Of a DNA stretch of 64,000 bases, positions 17,851-25,258 are shown in pieces. Location of the stretch: the NCBI GenBank assembly GCA_903832855.1, contig CAILDB010000012.1:4368-68367 (forward strand). Direction: 5' to 3'. Position numbers and translations under genes: made by a program. Source of the stretch: an uncultured bacterium. GTDB taxonomy: Bacteria; Patescibacteriota; Minisyncoccia; Phycocordibacterales; GWA1-40-21. The number at the start of each line of letters is the position of its first letter. The first letter of the stretch is position 1. The notes below the pieces were generated by a model. It saw nothing but the letters and a program-made list of their open reading frames with translations. It was not told the origin of the DNA and made no database searches.

Positions 17851-17956
17851 GTTAGCTTTTAACTTTTATTATTTTAAATTCTTTTTTTAATTTTTTAATT
17901 TTAGCTTTAGAAAATTTACTGGTGGAATAATGTAAAATATGCTATAATAGATATAT

Positions 17957-18181
17957 ATGAAATTTAGACCAGCATTGTTTTGGGATACCAATCCAGATAA
18001 AATAGATATCCAAAAAAACGCTCAATATATAATTGAGCGAGTTTTGGATTTGGGTGAGGATAAGGAAGTAAGTTGGTTGTGGAAGACATATGACAAGTTA
18101 CTTCTTAAGAACACGGTATTAAAATCTAGGTCGCTTAGACCAAGTTCAAAAACATTATGGACTCTTCTTCTAAAAAGTTAA
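17957..18181 (+). CDS. small protein overlapping the downstream nucleotidyltransferase gene; possible antitoxin-like partner
   Basis: 74-aa ORF whose stop overlaps the start of 18157..18837 by 25 nt, an operon-like arrangement. Confidence 0.3.
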   Translation: MKFRPALFWDTNPDKIDIQKNAQYIIERVLDLGEDKEVSWLWKTYDKLLLKNTVLKSRSLRPSSKTLWTLLLKS

Positions 18182-18837
18182 TAAATTGGCATTATGAAAT
18201 CTTGCCTGTTGAGACGAAACAGGCTCTTGATTTTTTGTCTAAGGAAAAATGGTTAGAAAAATCAGGATGGTATTTGGCTGGCGGGACAGCTCTAGCTTTG
18301 CAAGTAGGAAATCGTAGGTCTGTTGATTTGGATTTCTTCACAACCCAAAAAGATTTTGATGAGAAAAAATTATTAACCAATTTTATTGGAAATTCAAATT
18401 GGCAGACATCTGTAGAAGAAAAAAATACCATCTATGGAGTGCTTTTGAACGCAAAAATTAGTTTTATTGCCTATCCTTTTTTCGTTCCCAAACAAGAATT
18501 CATCCAATATGGCTCAATCAATGTTTTGTCGCCTATTGATATCGCGGTGATGAAGATAATCGCCGTTTCTCAAAGAGGAAGGAAGAGGGACTTCTTTGAC
18601 TTATATTGGTGTGCCAAAAATATTAAATCTTTAGACAATTTAATTACAAAATTAAAAGTTCAGTATCCTTCAGTGGCGCATGATTACAATCATATTTTGA
18701 AAAGTTTGGTTTATTTTGCCGATGCGGAAAGCGACCCAGAACCGGAAATATATTTTAAAGCAAGTTGGAAAGAAGTGAAAGATTTTTTTGAAAAAGAAAT
18801 TCCTAGAATAACAGTTGAATTAATCGGCTTAAATTAA
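18157..18837 (+). CDS. nucleotidyltransferase of the AbiEii/DUF1814-like family (putative abortive-infection / type IV TA toxin component)
   Basis: Motif WYLAGGTALALQVGNRRSVDLDFF resembles the GGTAL...RxSxDLDF nucleotidyltransferase signature. Confidence 0.5.
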   Translation: MDSSSKKLINWHYEILPVETKQALDFLSKEKWLEKSGWYLAGGTALALQVGNRRSVDLDFFTTQKDFDEKKLLTNFIGNSNWQTSVEEKNTIYGVLLNAKISFIAYPFFVPKQEFIQYGSINVLSPIDIAVMKIIAVSQRGRKRDFFDLYWCAKNIKSLDNLITKLKVQYPSVAHDYNHILKSLVYFADAESDPEPEIYFKASWKEVKDFFEKEIPRITVELIGLN

Positions 18838-19039
18838 ATTCTTTGGTGAGTACGGTCTATGAGTTAGGAAATAGGCCTACCAAAGTGCCCAAGTAAGATA
18901 GAAGATGGCGAAGAGATGTCGCTGTAATGTCTTAAGTAAGGAGGGTAATAGATAAAGAAACAGCAGTTTGACCTTGGGGAATATGTCGCCCTAATAAATG
19001 GAGTATTGTTTCCATGATTGTCCTAGGTAAGGTCAGGCT

Positions 19040-19165
19040 AAAAGAGAGTCGGTTCCAATGTCGTTCGTGCCTACTGGAATCCTGATAATGCACAGGTGAA
19101 TGTGAATTCCAATTCGCCTGACAATTCCAATTCTAATATTGGTTGCCGGCTCTCCCGCCGTTTCG
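19040..19165 (+). other. DGR template repeat (TR)
   Basis: Intergenic. In the VR reading frame it encodes VGSNVVRAYWNPDNAQVNVNSNSPDNSNSNIGCRLSRRF, with 8 AAT codons at the positions that vary in VR1 and VR2. IMH* is ..ctcccgcCgtttc. Confidence 0.8.
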
Positions 19166-19172
19166 TTTATTA

Positions 19173-19547
19173 CTAATACCTTACACCTCTTTCATATTTC
19201 AGCCAGTTCATAGCTTGTTTACCTGCCTCTTGGAGATGATTCTCCATTTCCAGATATTTTGGTCCTTCAATCAGTTTACAATTTAAAGCCAGACGAAAGA
19301 GGATTTTGAGAAGTTCTATCTTGGTATTGGTTTGTGAGAGAAGTTTCTCCTTATCCAATTTATTGGCGCAATTTGCCATAATCGTCAGCTCCATTGCCGA
19401 TAAAGTAGTATTTTCTATCTTTTCACCAAGTGTGTATCTCTCAAATTTTGGTAGAGAGAAAATTATCTTATGCACTCTTTCATAAATGACAAAAAGTTCG
19501 GTGAGAAGTGGTATTTCTAATTTTTTAAAACTATGATTATTTTCCAT
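19173..19547 (-). CDS. avd: Avd-like four-helix-bundle protein (23S rRNA IVS protein family) - DGR accessory variability determinant
   Basis: 124 aa. Pattern LPKFERYTLGEKIENTTLSAMELTIMAN ... ELLKILFRLALNCKLI ... YLEMENHLQEAGKQAMNWLK matches the IVS/Avd helix pattern. Lies directly between the TR and the RT. Confidence 0.55.
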   Translation of the reverse strand: MENNHSFKKLEIPLLTELFVIYERVHKIIFSLPKFERYTLGEKIENTTLSAMELTIMANCANKLDKEKLLSQTNTKIELLKILFRLALNCKLIEGPKYLEMENHLQEAGKQAMNWLKYERGVRY

Positions 19548-20510
19548 AAAAATTTTAATGAATTATTTAATCTTGATAATATTTTATCTGCTTGGCAGAT
19601 ATTTCGGCGGGGAAAGACCAGTAAAATGGATGTAAAAGTGTTTGAAAGACATTTGGAAGATAATTTGTTTGATTTATATGAAGAACTGAAAAATAGTGAA
19701 TATATACATAGAGCATACAAGTTTTTTGTAGCATTTGATAGTAAGAAAAGGGATATTCATGTTGCGGAAATTAGAGATAGAATTGTTCATCGTTTGATTT
19801 ACGATTATTTAGTAGAGATGTATGAACCACTTTTTATATCCGATTCATATTCTTCTAGAATTGGTAGGGGGTCACATAAGGCGATAAAAACATTTAGATA
19901 TTTTGCAAAATTAGTCAGTGGAGAAAACCACGGGAGATGTTTCGTCTTGAAATGTGATATTCAAAAATTTTTTCAGAGTGTTGATTGTGACATCATCGTC
20001 CACTTATTGAAGCAAAAAATCACTGATGAAAAAATTTTGAAAATAATGGAAGAAGTTGTCAATAGTTTTAAAGAAGGCATTCCGCTTGGTAATGTTACCA
20101 GTCAAATTTTTGCAAATATTTATTTGAATGATTTTGATTTTTTTGTAAAAAATATCCTAAAGGTTAGATACTATGTTCGCTACAATGATGATTTCGTGAT
20201 TTTAGATAATAACCCAGAACGACTGAGCCTTTTATTAGAAAAAATTAGGGATTATTTGGAAAAAGAAAGATTATTGAAAATACCGGAACATAAGGCAAGT
20301 ATCAGGAAGCTGCAGTGGGGAATTGACTTTCTTGGCTACACTATTTTACCAAATGCTGTCCTACTTAGAAATAAAACAAAAGCAAAAATGTTTTCTCGTG
20401 CAAACGAGAAAAACATAGATTCTTACCTTGGATTACTGAAGCATTGTAATTCGTTTAATCTGCGTCAAAAGCTCATCTTTTGGGTAAATAATAGGGTGTC
20501 ACAACTTTGA
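19533..20510 (+). CDS. DGR reverse transcriptase
   Basis: RT motifs: RDRIVHRLIYDYL (motifs 1-2), GIPLGNVTSQIFANIYL (the DGR-specific [I/L]GxxxSQ in motif 4), YVRYNDDFVIL (motif 5, YNDD in place of YxDD). No maturase or endonuclease domain. Cognate TR lies just upstream. Confidence 0.85.
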   Translation: MIIFHKNFNELFNLDNILSAWQIFRRGKTSKMDVKVFERHLEDNLFDLYEELKNSEYIHRAYKFFVAFDSKKRDIHVAEIRDRIVHRLIYDYLVEMYEPLFISDSYSSRIGRGSHKAIKTFRYFAKLVSGENHGRCFVLKCDIQKFFQSVDCDIIVHLLKQKITDEKILKIMEEVVNSFKEGIPLGNVTSQIFANIYLNDFDFFVKNILKVRYYVRYNDDFVILDNNPERLSLLLEKIRDYLEKERLLKIPEHKASIRKLQWGIDFLGYTILPNAVLLRNKTKAKMFSRANEKNIDSYLGLLKHCNSFNLRQKLIFWVNNRVSQL

Positions 20511-20546
20511 GTTGTTTGATTTGCGATTATTTGTTATTATTTATAC

Positions 20547-21650
20547 ATGGAAAGCTTTGAGGCACTTATACCAAAATTTAGAAAAGCTAAGGCGGAAAAA
20601 GCAGAGACCGCGGAAACTAAGACCGAGGGACTTTTAGTTGAAGAAAAAACCGAATTATTGAGTCAATTAGAAGATCATATACAAAGAGTCAGTACTGAGA
20701 GAGAAAATTTGGAAGCAGAATTAGAAAAAGCCAGGAAATCTGGCAATTTTTCCAAATTTAATAAATTGCAAGAAACCGTCAAAAGTGAAATATCTAAAGC
20801 AGAAGGAATTCAAAGAAAGATTGAGGGTAGGACGACCAGTTCAGAAATTTCCGGTGTTTATTCTTCCATAGATGCTGGAGGTAAAGAAAAAATTGAAGCT
20901 ATTTTATTAAGCTTTGAAGCAGAACTCACTACATGGACTGATTTTTATACTAAACACGGTATTGAGTTACCTGCAGATTTTGCTGAACAGATGCAAGACA
21001 TATGGAATAGAAATGCAGATGTGATGACAGAAGCAATAACAGAAAAGGGATTTGACCGAGCTATATTTATTCCAGAAATAGTTGACGGTGTAGATTTAAA
21101 AAAGATTGAAGAAGAAATGACTAAGAGTTACAAGGAAGAAGCCAAAAAGGCTGGGTTACCTGAGAATGATACTTATTTAGGTATTGATATTAAAAAGGTG
21201 GTCAATTCCAGGACGGGTAGTCGCATAATTCTTATTCATTCTGCTCCAGACTTGACGGCTCAACCAGAACTTTTGAAAACTTTGGATAAAAAATATGGAG
21301 GGGAGAAAACTGATGGTGTAGACAATAAAGCCGAGGATTTCATTAAGGCGGGTGAAGAACTCACTTTGTCTGAGTGGTTTATCTTTCAGAGAGAAATTTG
21401 GGAAAAGACTGGTGTTCATCTTGATGGCAAGAAGGGGTCCGATGGCTATGTCAAACCTACTTGGTGTGGAGGGTCACGGATGGGTTCGGGAGTCGGTTCC
21501 CATGTCGTTCGTGCCTGCTGGTATCCTGTTTTTGCCGGGGTGGATGTGGTTCCCATTCGCCTGTCTATTCCGTTTCTAGGTTTGGTTGCCGGCTCTCCCG
21601 CTGTTTCCAATAAGTTAGCTTTTAACTTTTATTATTTTAAATTATTTTAA
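20547..21650 (+). CDS. DGR target T2 (coiled-coil N-terminus, conserved module, VR2). The C-terminal reading frame is disrupted by a 1-nt deletion in VR2
   Basis: Shares the module, including a 93-bp stretch identical to T1. After ..GVDV the frame is -1 relative to the TR and reads through the expected stop into the conserved 3' flank (..VPIRLSIPFLGLVAGSPAVSNKLAFNFYYFKLF). Confidence 0.6.
   Translation: MESFEALIPKFRKAKAEKAETAETKTEGLLVEEKTELLSQLEDHIQRVSTERENLEAELEKARKSGNFSKFNKLQETVKSEISKAEGIQRKIEGRTTSSEISGVYSSIDAGGKEKIEAILLSFEAELTTWTDFYTKHGIELPADFAEQMQDIWNRNADVMTEAITEKGFDRAIFIPEIVDGVDLKKIEEEMTKSYKEEAKKAGLPENDTYLGIDIKKVVNSRTGSRIILIHSAPDLTAQPELLKTLDKKYGGEKTDGVDNKAEDFIKAGEELTLSEWFIFQREIWEKTGVHLDGKKGSDGYVKPTWCGGSRMGSGVGSHVVRACWYPVFAGVDVVPIRLSIPFLGLVAGSPAVSNKLAFNFYYFKLF
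21484..21607 (+). other. DGR variable repeat VR2 (with a 1-nt deletion relative to the TR)
   Basis: All substitutions versus the TR fall at TR adenines, including the 5' extension (TR aaaagag against VR2 gttcggg). IMH is ggttgccggctctcccgcTgtttc. Confidence 0.75.
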
Positions 21651-21665
21651 TTTTTTCTTTTCCCC

Positions 21666-21728
21666 TTTGTCATTCCTGCGTAGGCAGGAATCCATCCCTT
21701 CTGTCATCCCAGCGGATGCTGGGATCCA
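21666..21728 (+). repeat. two tandem family-1 palindromic repeat copies (variants cattcctgcgtaggcaggaatc and catcccagcggatgctgggatc)
   Basis: Sequence identity to the other copies, with compensatory stem changes. Confidence 0.75.
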
Positions 21729-21753
21729 GTATTTAATTTATGAAATCATATCT

Positions 21754-21778
21754 ATGGCAAGGTCTGACCTTGTCAAAG
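21754..21778 (+). repeat. family-2 palindrome core (atggcaaggtctgaccttgtc)
   Basis: Matches the palindrome at 11327-11356. Confidence 0.5.
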
Positions 21779-22034
21779 GTAGTTATCCACACTTGACCAC
21801 ATAGCGGATGTTGACATATTTTGTGCTTTCGTGTAGGATGTCTCTAGCTTAAAGGAGAATGAGTTGCGGATGGGAGCTTGTTGTAAGTGGATTAAATATC
21901 TTGCTTAGAATAATCCAATAATAAAAAAGATAAAAAAATATACACCTTTGAATGGGAGGGGTGCTTTTTTGTCTTCTTTTTGTTATTTGATGATTCTAAG
22001 GGTCATTTATTAAGCGTTAATTATTTTTATTAAT

Positions 22035-25000
22035 ATGAAACAAGCTTCTTTTGTAACCGGCGGTAAGACACAGAAAAAATATTTCGGAAAATTCAGAAAA
22101 CCTTTGGTTGATACTCCCAATCTTGTGGAGCACCAGCTCATTTCATACGCAAACTTTCTTGAGACAGGTCTTCCTGATGTGCTCAAAGAATTTTCTCCTA
22201 TCAAGGACTATGCTGACAAAAAGTTTGAGCTATCTTTCACCGGTTTTGAAATTGAGCAACCGAAGTATGATGAATATCATGCAAAAGACAAAAAGATTTC
22301 TTACGAAGGATCACTAAAAGTAAAAGTTAGTTTAAAAAATAAAACTCTAGGCACTGTAAAAGAACAAGAAATATTTTTGACAGAAATTCCTATGATGACA
22401 GGCCATGGTACTTTTATTGTAAATGGAATTGAAAGAGTCATCGTCCCACAGCTTGCTCGTTCATACGGTATTTTCTTTACAACAAATGAAAGTAAAGGCA
22501 AAAGTTATTTTGGTGCAAAAGTCATTCCAGCAAGAGGTGCTTGGATAGAAATTGAGTCGGATGCAGATGGCGCAATTTATGTAAAAATAGATAAAAAAAG
22601 AAAATTCCCAATTCCTTCTCTCCTTCGTGTTCTTGGCGTTAAGACAGACAAGGAAATGCTCGACCTTTTTGCGGGTGATGAAGAGACAAAGAAAGTAATA
22701 GAGACATCTTTGACGAAAGATCACGCCAAAACTCAAGACGAATCATATGTGGAAATTTATAAAAGACTTCGAGATGGCGACCTCGCTGCAGTAGACAACG
22801 CAAAAGGTTTTATTAATTCTATTTTTAATGTTGAGAGATATGATATTTCAAAAGTAGGAAGATTCAAATTCAATAAGAGATTCAGTAAACCGATGGACGA
22901 AAAGTCTCTTGAGCAGAAAGCTCTTACAATAGATGACTTGGTTACTTCCATCAAATACATCACAGCGCAAAATAATGACCCCGAGGCTATCGAGGACGAT
23001 ATTGACCATTTAGGTTCTCGCAGAGTCAGATTTGTAGGTGAGCTTCTTCAGGCAAAAGTGAGAGTCGGTATGACTCAGATGAAGAGAAATATTCAGGACA
23101 GAATGTCTACTATTGATCCGGATATTTCTATGCCTGTTCAATTTATTTCTCCTCGACCTCTTCAGGCGAGAATAAAAGAATTTTTTGCCACAAACCAGCT
23201 CTCTCAATTTATGCAACAAGAAAATATTTTGCAGGAGATTGAGCAGTTGAGAACTCTTTCGGCTCTTGGCCCAGGAGGACTGACTCGCGAACGCGCAGGA
23301 TTTGAAGTGCGTGATGTTCATTCATCTCACTATGGTAGAGTTTGTCCCGTTCATACACCAGAAGGTCAGAACATTGGTCTTATTTTGCGTTTATCTATTT
23401 ATGCCAGAGTCAATGAATTTGGAATGATTGAAACCCCTTATGCCAAAGTCAAAAATGGAGTTATTACAGAAGAGATAAAATATTTTAATGCGCTTGAGGA
23501 AGAAAATTTTAAAATTGCTCACGCTGCGCAGGAGTATGATGAAAAAGGAAAGATCACAAATCATGAAGTGGAAGTTCGTTTGAACGGAAAACCACAGATT
23601 TGTAAAAGAGAAGAAGTGGACTATATAGATGTTGCTACAAACCAAGCATTTTCTATTGCACCTTCTATGATTCCTTTCTTAAATCACGATGATGCAAACA
23701 GAGCTCTTATGGGTTGTAACATGCAAAAGCAAGCAGTACCTTGTATTATTCCTGAGGCACCACTTGTGGCTACGGGTATTGAGGGTGATGCTGCAAGATA
23801 CACAGGAAGAATTATTTATGCAGAAGAAGAAGGTAATGTAACTCATGTCGATGCAAATAGAATTGTATTAAAAAATAGTAAAGGAAAAGAGAAAGAATAC
23901 AAGCTTGTAACTTTTTCAAAGACAAACAGTTTGACTGCTTTTCATCAGAGACCGATGGTATCTCTCGGAGAAAAGGTTAAAAAAGGAGCGCTTCTTGCCG
24001 ATACTTCTTCTTCTGTAAATGGAGAAATAGCTGTCGGTCAAAACGGTCTCGTTGCCTTTATGACTTGGTCTGGTGCAAACTATGAGGACGCTATCATCCT
24101 TTCGGAGAGGATTGTAAAAAACAGTAAATTCACATCCGTGCACATTGAAGAATTTATTGTAAGTGTTCGTGATACTAAGCTCGGTCCAGAAATTACCACT
24201 CACGATATTCCAAATGTTGGCGAGACCAAATTAAAAAATCTTGACGAAGACGGAATCATCCGTGTAGGTGCTGAAGTGATGCCGGGAGATATCCTCGTCG
24301 GTAAAATTACTCCAAAAGGTGAGACACAGCTAACTCCAGAAGAGAGACTACTCAGATCAATTTTCGGAGAAAAAGCTAGAGATGTAAAAGACACTTCAAA
24401 GAGACTTGAAGGAGGAAAGAGGGGAAGAATTATTTCTGTAAAAATCTTTTCAAGAGAAAGCGGAGACAAACTTGAATCAGGAATTATAAAAAGAATTCAC
24501 ATTGAAGTCGCACAAGTCAGAAATGTTTCTATCGGTGACAAGCTTGCCGGAAGACACGGAAATAAAGGTGTTATTTCAAAAATTCTTCCGGAAGAAGATA
24601 TGCCATATATGGAAGATGGAACTCCAATTGATATTATTCTTACACCACTTGGTGTTCCTTCTCGTATGAACCTCGGACAAATTCTCGAGGTGCATCTTGG
24701 ACTTGCAGCAAATACTTTGAACTATCAGGCCATCGTTCCGCCTTTTGCGGGAGCCACAGATGCGGAAATTAAAGAGGAACTCATAAAAGCTGGATTCAAA
24801 CACAACGGCAAGATGAAACTTTTTGATGGAAGAACAGGGGAGTCATTTGAACAGGAAATTGCTGTCGGTTATATGTATATTTTGAAGCTTCACCATGAAG
24901 TTGAAGACAAGATTCACATGAGATCTATTGGTCCATACTCAATGATTACGCAACAGCCACTCGGAGGAAGATCACAAGGAGGAGGTCAGAGATTTGGAGA

Positions 25001-25229
25001 AATGGAGGTCTGGGCACTGCTTGGATATGGAGCTGCATACACACTTCGTGAAATGCTTACAATTAAATCAGACGATATTGTCGGAAGGTCTGCTGCATTT
25101 GATTCAATTGTAAAAGGTGAGCGTTTGAAACAGCCAGGGATTCCAGCTTCGTTTAATGTCCTTCTAAATAGTCTTAAAGGTCTTGCTCTTGACATTGAGC
25201 TTAAAAAAGAAGATGGGGATTTTGTATAA
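22035..25229 (+). CDS. rpoB: DNA-directed RNA polymerase subunit beta
   Basis: Conserved beta-subunit blocks (GRHGNKGVISKILP, NMQRQAVP-type region, SIGPYSMITQQPLGGRSQGGGQRFGEMEVWAL). Confidence 0.95.
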   Translation: MKQASFVTGGKTQKKYFGKFRKPLVDTPNLVEHQLISYANFLETGLPDVLKEFSPIKDYADKKFELSFTGFEIEQPKYDEYHAKDKKISYEGSLKVKVSLKNKTLGTVKEQEIFLTEIPMMTGHGTFIVNGIERVIVPQLARSYGIFFTTNESKGKSYFGAKVIPARGAWIEIESDADGAIYVKIDKKRKFPIPSLLRVLGVKTDKEMLDLFAGDEETKKVIETSLTKDHAKTQDESYVEIYKRLRDGDLAAVDNAKGFINSIFNVERYDISKVGRFKFNKRFSKPMDEKSLEQKALTIDDLVTSIKYITAQNNDPEAIEDDIDHLGSRRVRFVGELLQAKVRVGMTQMKRNIQDRMSTIDPDISMPVQFISPRPLQARIKEFFATNQLSQFMQQENILQEIEQLRTLSALGPGGLTRERAGFEVRDVHSSHYGRVCPVHTPEGQNIGLILRLSIYARVNEFGMIETPYAKVKNGVITEEIKYFNALEEENFKIAHAAQEYDEKGKITNHEVEVRLNGKPQICKREEVDYIDVATNQAFSIAPSMIPFLNHDDANRALMGCNMQKQAVPCIIPEAPLVATGIEGDAARYTGRIIYAEEEGNVTHVDANRIVLKNSKGKEKEYKLVTFSKTNSLTAFHQRPMVSLGEKVKKGALLADTSSSVNGEIAVGQNGLVAFMTWSGANYEDAIILSERIVKNSKFTSVHIEEFIVSVRDTKLGPEITTHDIPNVGETKLKNLDEDGIIRVGAEVMPGDILVGKITPKGETQLTPEERLLRSIFGEKARDVKDTSKRLEGGKRGRIISVKIFSRESGDKLESGIIKRIHIEVAQVRNVSIGDKLAGRHGNKGVISKILPEEDMPYMEDGTPIDIILTPLGVPSRMNLGQILEVHLGLAANTLNYQAIVPPFAGATDAEIKEELIKAGFKHNGKMKLFDGRTGESFEQEIAVGYMYILKLHHEVEDKIHMRSIGPYSMITQQPLGGRSQGGGQRFGEMEVWALLGYGAAYTLREMLTIKSDDIVGRSAAFDSIVKGERLKQPGIPASFNVLLNSLKGLALDIELKKEDGDFV

Positions 25230-25258
25230 AAACTAATTAAAATCATTAAATAAAAAAC

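Larger units (their letters stand above)
19040..20510 (+). mobile_element. DGR core: TR, avd (opposite strand), reverse transcriptase
   Basis: See the individual component features. Confidence 0.75.

Noticed and set aside
19533-20510. RT as a group II intron maturase or a retron RT
   Set aside because: No flanking intron RNA domains, no X/maturase or endonuclease domain, no msr/msd-like structure. Motif 4 is the DGR-specific LGxxxSQ, and a TR with matching VRs at adenine-biased positions is present.
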